Program-made: the position numbers and the translations under genes | Part shown: piece after piece, positions 43,901 through 50,782 of the stretch | Numbering within the stretch: the first letter of the stretch is position 1 | Layout: the number at the start of each line of letters is the position of its first letter | DNA from: a virus | Taxonomy: Duplodnaviria; Caudoviricetes | Strand: one strand, 5' to 3' | Length of the DNA stretch: 50,782 nt | IMG/VR virus record: IMGVR_UViG_3300037607_000006 | Location: 1 to 50,782 of that record | The notes under the pieces: generated by a model | Seen by the model: only the letters and a program-made list of their open reading frames with translations | What the model was told of the DNA's origin: nothing | The model's database searches: none

Positions 43901-44788
43901 CTAACCCTTCTTCGCTTTTGGGGGCTTCTCGCCACTGGACGCCATGACGTGGGCAGGCTGAGATTCAGTGGCTTCTAGGCGCCGCTTAATCGATGCCCAA
44001 AAGTTTTCCTCGCGGTCGTCGTCATCGTCGGGCTTCTGTTTCTTATCCTTCGGCTGATCGATAACGTCCGGTAACTCAGTTTGGCCGGGGAGCAGTAGGG
44101 GCACACCCTCAAATTCGCTGCCGTGCTTGCCCCGCAAAATGCCTATGAACATCGGGCGTTGATCACTAGGCAATCGCAGCAATTCCTCGTGAATTGCTTC
44201 CGTCAGCGATGCAGCGTTTCGTACTGCCAATACCGGATCGGACATGCGAAACCGTTCGCGTGTTTCGCGCTCAATCGTGGCGAGTTCTGACTTGCTCGCG
44301 CTTTCGGCGCGTTGGTTGCGCGCGTCAGGGTCAAGCGCCAGAACAGTGATCCACTCCAGCGCCACGATGGGCAGGGTGAGCACGATCGCCAGTTTGGTCA
44401 ACTCAGTGACGAACGGATCGAACGTCCAGCCCAGTGCCGTGCCAAACGTGTGAAACGCGCCGAGGGTCAACGCTGAAAACTCAACCAGCAGAAAAATAAC
44501 CGCGACCCTGAACTGCTGATTGCTTTTCAACAGGCTATTCTTGAAGATCAGAAACACAATCGAGGATGCACCGACAACCATCGCCGCGCCGACGCCGACG
44601 ACTTTCATCACCGGGTCGGCAAATACCGCGCTGGTCGTCTGCGCGAAGATGGCCGACAGAATCAGAATCGCGGCAACAGCTACTAGGTACGCGGCCAACT
44701 TCGCCCAGCCGCTTGCGCCCGTCTTGCGCACTTTGTCCAGTTCCTTCTTGGACGCTTCGCTCTGCTTAAGCATTTCATACCCTGCCAT
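43901..44788 (-). CDS. 4-TM membrane protein with cytoplasmic tail
   Basis: AGGAGGG RBS; four hydrophobic helices then coiled-coil/acidic tail. Confidence 0.75.
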   Translation of the reverse strand: MAGYEMLKQSEASKKELDKVRKTGASGWAKLAAYLVAVAAILILSAIFAQTTSAVFADPVMKVVGVGAAMVVGASSIVFLIFKNSLLKSNQQFRVAVIFLLVEFSALTLGAFHTFGTALGWTFDPFVTELTKLAIVLTLPIVALEWITVLALDPDARNQRAESASKSELATIERETRERFRMSDPVLAVRNAASLTEAIHEELLRLPSDQRPMFIGILRGKHGSEFEGVPLLLPGQTELPDVIDQPKDKKQKPDDDDDREENFWASIKRRLEATESQPAHVMASSGEKPPKAKKG

Positions 44789-44944
44789 GATACCCTCCTG
44801 TTTTCTTTTTGTCTTTACTCCAGAACATCACTTTTGCGATTGTCCAATCGACAACCGGCACGACAACAGCACGCTTCACTTTCGGTTGATAATACGGGCG
44901 GGGCGGTTCCGCCTGTTTGTCATTGAAGCATTCTCGGTATATCA

Positions 44945-45136
44945 TCATGGCTTACTTTCCGTAGGGCGTTGAATAATCTCTACGAGGATTCCTTCAATGG
45001 TTACCTGGTCTTGTGCATATCCTGGTTTACTGAAAACATCCATACCGATCTGCTCAGCGTAGTCGTCAGGACGACAATCTTCCCATGGTGTAAATTCAAG
45101 GACGACATCGGCTTCAACGTGCATAATGTATTTCAT
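44945..45136 (-). CDS. hypothetical protein
   Basis: GAGGGA RBS. Confidence 0.55.
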   Translation of the reverse strand: MKYIMHVEADVVLEFTPWEDCRPDDYAEQIGMDVFSKPGYAQDQVTIEGILVEIIQRPTESKP

Positions 45137-45199
45137 AGCTAGGTCCCTCTGTACGCTGGTTTGAAACGCCCAATGAGGTATTCATCTTTTCATTGAGTT

Positions 45200-45430
45200 C
45201 TATGCACCATGTTCTAGTAACATTTTAAGCAGCATCTTCACCTCCTCTCTATATTGACCTGTGACATTCAGAGGTGACACGATCAGAATTTGACTTCCAT
45301 GATCGATCGCCTCACGCAACCATGTGGACTGTTTATCAGGCGTCCAGTCATCAGATAGATTCAACACATTGAATCCGGGTAGATTGGCAAAACGTCTAGT
45401 GTCTGCTAGTTTTCCAATCACTGTTATCAT
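45200..45430 (-). CDS. hypothetical protein
   Basis: ORF MITVIGK..., AT-rich. Confidence 0.55.
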   Translation of the reverse strand: MITVIGKLADTRRFANLPGFNVLNLSDDWTPDKQSTWLREAIDHGSQILIVSPLNVTGQYREEVKMLLKMLLEHGA

Positions 45431-45440
45431 TCTCGCCCCC

Positions 45441-45469
45441 AAACAAAAACGCCGCTCAACCTGAGCGGC
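45441..45469 (-). terminator. intrinsic terminator
   Basis: GCCGCTCA-3nt-TGAGCGGC hairpin followed by GTTTTTGTTT on minus strand. Confidence 0.65.
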
Positions 45470-45566
45470 ACATTGCTGTATAATGAAAACAGCCCGTCAG
45501 CCGGCAATTCGGTTGATCTGGTTAGCCTCGCCGCGGCTCTGGCGGGAGCGCGGCGGGGCGACTTGA

Positions 45567-45785
45567 TTACGGTCTCAGTGACTTATTCAATTGCGCCTTT
45601 TCCTCTTCGTCCAGAACGTCAAGAGCCGCCTGGGTAGCGGCTCTACTTGCTAGTATCTGGTTGATCAGCACTCCCGGCCGCATCCCCTTACCGCGCTTCG
45701 CCGCAATGATGCGTATGCGCTGGAAGGAATCGCTGTGGATACGTTGCATGACATCGCGTTTGGCTTTGGTGGTGGTAGTATTCAT
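45567..45785 (-). CDS. ribbon-helix-helix-like DNA-binding protein
   Basis: QRIHSDSFQRIRIIAAKRG...LINQIL pattern; own promoter. Confidence 0.55.
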   Translation of the reverse strand: MNTTTTKAKRDVMQRIHSDSFQRIRIIAAKRGKGMRPGVLINQILASRAATQAALDVLDEEEKAQLNKSLRP

Positions 45786-45792
45786 GTACGCA

Positions 45793-45822
45793 AGTATACA
45801 ACGCTACTTGGCTATTTGTCAA
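45793..45822 (-). promoter_or_regulatory. sigma70-type promoter (leaderless transcript)
   Basis: TTGACA-N18-TATACT, 7 nt before ATG 45785. Confidence 0.6.
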
Positions 45823-46135
45823 TAGTCTCTTCTGCGTGCATGGCGCTCAGTTGCGCTTCCAGTTCCGCGATTCGCTCCTGTAGAGGCACCTCGTAAAACA
45901 CTCGGCTCGAATCGTCTAACAATAGCGCGTTAATCGCATCATAAACGCTCTGACCTTCAAGCGGGTCGATGAGTTCTTTGATACCCGCAAACTGCGCTTC
46001 CAGTTCCGCGATGCGCTGCTGAGCCGCTTGCAGGTCGGCGCGGAGTTGCGCGAGTTCGGCGCGGGCGTCACTCGATAATTCGTCAGGGCCGCTTGGCATT
46101 TCCCATAACTCTATCAAGGTTTCAATGTCTCTCAT
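45812..46135 (-). CDS. coiled-coil hypothetical protein
   Basis: duplicated RIAELEAQ motif; GGAG RBS. Confidence 0.6.
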   Translation of the reverse strand: MRDIETLIELWEMPSGPDELSSDARAELAQLRADLQAAQQRIAELEAQFAGIKELIDPLEGQSVYDAINALLLDDSSRVFYEVPLQERIAELEAQLSAMHAEETIDK

Positions 46136-46782
46136 CTCACTCCACCCTTCTGCGACTGTGATGCTGCCCACTGAAACATATCGATCTGCGTCTTGATGTC
46201 AGATTCGTTTATTCTATTTTTCGTCGTGGTCAATGCGGCTAGATCGAGATCAAACGCGATGCAACGTCGGCCGATAAGTTTACACGCGACCGCCGTTGTC
46301 CCTCCGCCGATAAATGGGTCAAGCACAAGATCGTCAGGAGCGCTAAAGCAATCAATATAATAGCGGGCACTCTCAACATCTTGACCCCAATGATGGAAGC
46401 GTTTATCCTTCCCGCCGGGCTGATAGAAATTCAGCACGCTCTTGATGCGCGGTAATCCATCGCCCTTTGAGTAAGCGATGATGGACTTCGCTTTGGCGAC
46501 GACAAAACGTGGCCAGATGTACGGTGCATCTTTAGATGCTACATGCACCATCTCGTAGAAGTAGGTCAAGCCGGCGACGTCAAACATTCTATAAATCTGA
46601 TTAAGATACATGCCGCCTGCCATCGCAATTAGAAATCCACCCGGCTTCAGCACTCGCGCCGCCTCATTGGCTAGCCAGCCATAGCACGGTAGGTATTCAC
46701 GCGGGTATGGCGGATCGGTGAAGATCAAATCAATTGAATTATCTGGTAATGACATGGATTTAACATGAGACAAAGCAATCAT
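46132..46782 (-). CDS. N6A/N4C DNA methyltransferase (beta class)
   Basis: SIDLIFTDPPY, ARVLKPGG, VLDPFIGGGTT. Confidence 0.9.
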   Translation of the reverse strand: MIALSHVKSMSLPDNSIDLIFTDPPYPREYLPCYGWLANEAARVLKPGGFLIAMAGGMYLNQIYRMFDVAGLTYFYEMVHVASKDAPYIWPRFVVAKAKSIIAYSKGDGLPRIKSVLNFYQPGGKDKRFHHWGQDVESARYYIDCFSAPDDLVLDPFIGGGTTAVACKLIGRRCIAFDLDLAALTTTKNRINESDIKTQIDMFQWAASQSQKGGVR

Positions 46783-46882
46783 CTCAACACCTCCGCCGCA
46801 AACAGCATCAGCACCGTCGCGCCGGCAATCAGCGCGAACACGATCTTCGTCCAGCGGGGCGGGGCGACTTTGTAGGCGTGCT

Positions 46883-47383
46883 TCATGGGGTCGCCTTGCT
46901 ATTCAGATCAAATAATGGGAGTCTACTGTCCTCTTTTAATAAATATCCGTGACGCCTAATCAGTCTCTTAAGTGCCCTCCATGATTCCTCACGCGCCTCT
47001 TTTGAGGACTTGTATTTTTTCTTGCCATCGATTAACTGCTTATAATCACAAACGGCGTCAAAGAATCCGGGACTATGCTTTTCAGCTTGATACTCAAAAT
47101 TAAAATAATAAAACTCATCAGTTGGAATATGAAATAAATGTCCGAGTAGTAGATAACGCGCTAGTACATGCCTATGCTCAGCGTGCCATTCTTCAAATTC
47201 TGAATAACCGTCTGCATCCTTCCAGATTTGAAGGTCAACACCATCGTTAACCGCATACAATAATAGCAATCTGTCTTTAATCGCGTAGAATAGTTTTGAC
47301 CACATAAATAGATAACGCCCAACTTCACCACACGCAATCAAATCGTTGACATCTTCATTTGTGACGACCTCTATGGCGTTCAT
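46883..47383 (-). CDS. hypothetical protein (AT-rich)
   Basis: AGGAGG RBS, 166 aa. Confidence 0.65.
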   Translation of the reverse strand: MNAIEVVTNEDVNDLIACGEVGRYLFMWSKLFYAIKDRLLLLYAVNDGVDLQIWKDADGYSEFEEWHAEHRHVLARYLLLGHLFHIPTDEFYYFNFEYQAEKHSPGFFDAVCDYKQLIDGKKKYKSSKEAREESWRALKRLIRRHGYLLKEDSRLPLFDLNSKATP

Positions 47384-47574
47384 GCTTTCACCTCCTGCTT
47401 AATCTCAACTACTATACCCCTCACGGGTTCGCTCATCGGCTCTTCTGTGTACCGCATCCAGCCGCCGCACGACTGGCAGACCATCACCTTGCAACTCATT
47501 TCTTTGCGGCCGCAGTTGTCGCACTTGATAGCATAGAGCGTGCGGTGCTTGATGTACGGCGTGTTATTTTCCAT
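47380..47574 (-). CDS. small zinc-ribbon protein
   Basis: CDNC...CQSCGG. Confidence 0.6.
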   Translation of the reverse strand: MENNTPYIKHRTLYAIKCDNCGRKEMSCKVMVCQSCGGWMRYTEEPMSEPVRGIVVEIKQEVKA

Positions 47575-47842
47575 CGTGCTTTCCTTGCTCTGCTATTGCT
47601 GCATATCGGATGCCATGCTTGTCAGATGCGCTCTTAGACCTAAATTCAAACTTAATGTCAAGATCGAAGGCGTTGAAAATTGCCTGCAATGTTGAGATTG
47701 TACTATTGGCGCGTTCGCTTTCCGCTTCAATTAGCGCGATGCAATTGCGCGATAAGCCAGCACGCTTGGCGAGTTCTGATTGTGACCAGCCACGGCTGGC
47801 ACGAAGCGACATGATTACGGCGGAAAGTTCACTTAGTTTCAT
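47564..47842 (-). CDS. XRE-family HTH regulator
   Basis: LRASRGWSQSELAKRAGLSRNCIALIE. Confidence 0.85.
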   Translation of the reverse strand: MKLSELSAVIMSLRASRGWSQSELAKRAGLSRNCIALIEAESERANSTISTLQAIFNAFDLDIKFEFRSKSASDKHGIRYAAIAEQGKHDGK

Positions 47843-47911
47843 TCCATCATCCTTCGTATGTCCTCTATGATTGATGGTAGCACGGCGCGAAGTGCTGCGG
47901 CTGAACATGCG

Positions 47912-48217
47912 TCAACCGTCTTGCACGGTTAGCACATAGCCAGATTCAAAATCGTTGACATGGCCGCACCTGACGCATTGATTGTGCGCCTCTTCTTTGA
48001 CGCGCTTAGAGATACTCGCCCAGTCTTTAGGATATTCGCCGCGATCGTTTTGTTTCATCTCATCCTCGCTGTACCGCATCCAGCCGCCGCACGACTGGCA
48101 GACCTTGACGTGATCGGACATCTGTTTGCGGCCGCAGTCGTCGCACTTGATGACGTGCTTGACGTGGTGCTTGCAGGGCGTGTTAGTTTGGTGAGTGATC
48201 TTTATATTAGTCATCAA
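47912..48217 (-). pseudogene. zinc-ribbon paralogue fused to truncated HNH endonuclease N-terminus
   Basis: YPKDWASISKRVKEEAHNQCVRCG...VLTV then stop before the HH/N/H residues. Confidence 0.5.
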
Positions 48218-48732
48218 AATGGAATCTCGTCATCTACAGTAGCAGTTGCGTCAATATGTGGCGTCTGCTGGCTGGTTAGCTCTTCTTCCAATTCACCGTA
48301 TATAGCCTTCATTCTTTCCGAGAAATCTGACTGCTCGGAACACACCGTACAGAATCCAGCAAGGATTTCCTCGTGCATAAAGCACAGCGGCGCACCACAG
48401 CATCCACATGCACCGTGTCGTCCATCCCGAAAGCATCCGAACTCAACGCACACATCCTCGATATTGGGTTCATCATCTTCTGGAAATTCTTCTTCGTCGT
48501 CGTCGTAATAATCGTCCATTTCACTCATACCTCCCCTCTGCTCAACCGGCGTCTCTCGCTCAGCGATTATCAGAAACTTGTTCATGTCATAGCGGTGTGG
48601 TGTATCTGTTGGTGCCGGGCCGCTACGCGTAATGTGATAATTGTGGATGCGGCAAAATTCAAATGCCACTTCTGATTCACTGAAAAATCCAGTGATTTCG
48701 ATGCGCTCTAAGTTCTTCAGGACAGTGTGCAT
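48214..48732 (-). CDS. acidic Cys-rich protein ending DDEIPF (internal start 48528 likely)
   Basis: GGAGG before ATG 48528; CGCCGAPLC..H..CTVC; C-terminus VDDEIPF. Confidence 0.6.
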   Translation of the reverse strand: MHTVLKNLERIEITGFFSESEVAFEFCRIHNYHITRSGPAPTDTPHRYDMNKFLIIAERETPVEQRGGMSEMDDYYDDDEEEFPEDDEPNIEDVCVEFGCFRDGRHGACGCCGAPLCFMHEEILAGFCTVCSEQSDFSERMKAIYGELEEELTSQQTPHIDATATVDDEIPF

Positions 48733-48739
48733 ATTAGCC

Positions 48740-49150
48740 TCATTTACTACGCTGCTCTACCGGCGTCTCTGCCCACTCCAGCATCGCCGCGAGTTTCCGC
48801 CGCGTCTCAGGCGACGCTAACCATGCGTCGTAGGCGGCGGCGTTGTCCTCGAACGTGCTGCGGCGCGTGCAGCGTTTGGATACGTGCGCCGCGCCGCACT
48901 TCTGGCAGGTCGGTACTACCGCGTAATCGCCCAGGCCCAGGCGGTGCCGGATGATGCGATCTTTAGGCTCCGTACCATAGACGATAATCCTGTGAATCGT
49001 GGCATGGCTGACACCGTATTTTTTTGCTATGACGCGGTAGGACGTTTTTTTTCCTTTGGCGTCTAGGGCGTCTCTCTGGCGCAAAATGTCTCGTATTAGG
49101 TTATCGAAAGTGTACGGGGCGCGTACGCCCGTTTTGGTTCGTTGGCTCAT
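48740..49150 (-). CDS. HTH + zinc-finger protein
   Basis: SYRVIAKKYGVSHATIHRII; CQKCGAAH...C. Confidence 0.65.
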   Translation of the reverse strand: MSQRTKTGVRAPYTFDNLIRDILRQRDALDAKGKKTSYRVIAKKYGVSHATIHRIIVYGTEPKDRIIRHRLGLGDYAVVPTCQKCGAAHVSKRCTRRSTFEDNAAAYDAWLASPETRRKLAAMLEWAETPVEQRSK

Positions 49151-49186
49151 GGTTATTTCGCCTATCTGATGTCTGATTTAGTCGTT

Positions 49187-49378
49187 CTAGTTGTCCCTCA
49201 AAGTGACCCTGCCATTCTGCTTCCTGGCTACCTTGTGCGCGCTCCCGCACGCCGCGCATAGAACCCACTCGCCCTGGATGGTGTGCGCGGGCACTTTCAC
49301 GCGCTTACCGCACGGAGCCGCGACTACGCTCTGGCTGTACTGCTCGGTCGCCTCTGTCAGTTTGCGTATGTCTGTCAT
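49187..49378 (-). CDS. small zinc-ribbon protein
   Basis: APCG...CAACG. Confidence 0.45.
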   Translation of the reverse strand: MTDIRKLTEATEQYSQSVVAAPCGKRVKVPAHTIQGEWVLCAACGSAHKVARKQNGRVTLRDN

Positions 49379-49569
49379 TTTACACACTCGCCGGATCGTC
49401 AATCCACAATGACACGCCGCAGTCATTGCATTCGATGTTCATTCGGCGCGGCGCTTCTAGGTTCCACGCCGGGACGATTGGCGATCTCTTAGTCTTTGGA
49501 AGTCTGGATAGATTTTCAAGATTGTACTTTCGCATCGCGTCATGCGCGGCCTGGGCGCGGGCGGAGTCG

Positions 49570-50109
49570 TCAAGCATGATGCGCCTCAATCTCTCTCCGC
49601 TTCTGATCTGCGATGCGCTTTATCACCGCTTGTACTTCCGGCAGCATCAGTCGGTCATCGTGCCGCCGTGACTGTTGCGCCGCGTATATCTTCAAGAACT
49701 GCGACCGGATGATCGACATTTGATCATCCTCGATCGCGCAGAAATCTTTCCAGCGTCCAAAGGCTTGCATCGTCTGCGTGATAGTGTCGTTGCTCCAAAT
49801 AGGAACACCATAAGAGCCGACATTTCGCACAGCGTTTATCACTTCGGCCCATGCCTCGTCTGCTGATAGTTCATCATGGTTCGCCATTCGAGCCGCCAGA
49901 TCGCGCAATTCGCCAGGTGCCGGATGAAACGGGTGCGACGTGCTGAGCCATTGCTTCGTCGCTGCCATCAATAGAACATCGTCAATGTCATCTAGTATTT
50001 CGTGGTAGACCTGCAAGGCAAAATCAGCATCAAGATCGGCCTGCTTGAAGTGATGCGGGTAAGCAACGCCTAGCCTAGCCATACACTGATTGACGCCTGA
50101 TTTGCTCAT
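49570..50109 (-). CDS. helicase loader/inhibitor-like protein (G39P-type)
   Basis: MA.L..AYP, Y.EIL.D, F.PAP.ELR, A.EAW.EV; immediately downstream of initiator. Confidence 0.7.
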   Translation of the reverse strand: MSKSGVNQCMARLGVAYPHHFKQADLDADFALQVYHEILDDIDDVLLMAATKQWLSTSHPFHPAPGELRDLAARMANHDELSADEAWAEVINAVRNVGSYGVPIWSNDTITQTMQAFGRWKDFCAIEDDQMSIIRSQFLKIYAAQQSRRHDDRLMLPEVQAVIKRIADQKRREIEAHHA

Positions 50110-50782
50110 GTTAGTTTACCCTCGCTTCGCATGATTGCCCGCAACATCGGGCTAGACGGTTCGGCGCTTCCGTTGCGCCCGTTTCCGTTTGTTTTTGGCG
50201 CGTCCCACTTCGGGAGTGCCTTTTCGATAGAGGCAATAGCCTGCCCCAATCCAAAGCCTTTTGTCGCTGCCCAAGTACAAGCAGCCTGCACATTCTCGGC
50301 AGGGTATCTATCCCATGCAGCCACTAATGCCGCTTGCGTTTTATTGGCGTATCTCTTGGAATTGAATTTCTCTAATACCATGTGCTGCAAATCGTTTAGT
50401 TTGTCCGGCTTTGCCGGCATATTTTGTTTGTTCTGTTCTGTTCTGTTCTGTTCTGTTTGTTCTGTTTGTTCTGTAGCCCCTGTACGTGCAATGGTTGTAC
50501 GCTGCACGTTCGCTGCACGTTTCTCTCTCATTCTATCCCTGTTCGCTTCTCGTTTCTCCAGCAACCTACCACCGTATTCGTGCCAATCGTGAATGACTAT
50601 CGATCCGTCTATATCTTCGAGCAATCCGCAATGTCCATTAAATCCACATTGGAGAAGGGCGTTATAGAATGCACCTTGCTTGCCCTGCCAGTCAACGGCC
50701 ATTTCTATATCGTCTGCGCTGTATTTCGTTACATCTCCATCCTGAGCATAATCAAGCGCCCACCACCATAAGCAATGCAGCC
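50106..50782 (-). CDS. phage replication initiator, C-terminal part
   Basis: LWWWALDYAQDG, IHDWHEY, R..NRDRMR..R, low-complexity linker, DnaD-like tail. Confidence 0.8.
   Translation of the reverse strand, partial: LHCLWWWALDYAQDGDVTKYSADDIEMAVDWQGKQGAFYNALLQCGFNGHCGLLEDIDGSIVIHDWHEYGGRLLEKREANRDRMREKRAANVQRTTIARTGATEQTEQTEQNRTEQNKQNMPAKPDKLNDLQHMVLEKFNSKRYANKTQAALVAAWDRYPAENVQAACTWAATKGFGLGQAIASIEKALPKWDAPKTNGNGRNGSAEPSSPMLRAIMRSEGKLT
50424..50520. repeat. TTCTG/TTTG short-repeat tract and GTACG/GCACG repeats within the initiator gene (candidate origin region)
   Basis: encodes TEQTEQTEQNRTEQNKQN; origins inside initiator genes are known in lambdoid phages. Confidence 0.5.

Noticed and set aside
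47448-48151. Repeat pair as DGR template/variable region
   Set aside because: Mismatches are not adenine-specific and no reverse transcriptase is encoded

Overview
The window is an apparently complete, circularly permuted dsDNA tailed-phage genome of about 50.8 kb. It looks siphovirus-like: tail tube, -1 frameshifted tail assembly chaperone, 1006-aa tape measure, no sheath. The two window ends join, with 1 nt of redundancy, inside a replication-initiator gene. The plus strand (~2.7-42.9 kb) carries, in order: a putative lysis region with two stand-alone PAS-domain genes and a C39-like peptidase; a ParB-MTase; terminase and portal; a block of fibre-like virion genes; head genes including a ferritin; the major capsid protein; a 7-kb glycosyl/sulfo/methyl/acetyl-transferase cluster; and the tail genes. 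The minus strand (~42.9 kb through the junction to 2.5 kb) carries small early/replication genes. No integrase, tRNA, CRISPR array or reverse transcriptase was seen. The most notable observations are a candidate sulfated virion-glycan pathway, PAS sensors embedded in the lysis region, a recurring TTGACA-N7/8-TAWAAT promoter architecture, an attenuator-like leader before the replication initiator, and a ferritin in the head module. All protein calls come from motif recognition by eye, not database searches.
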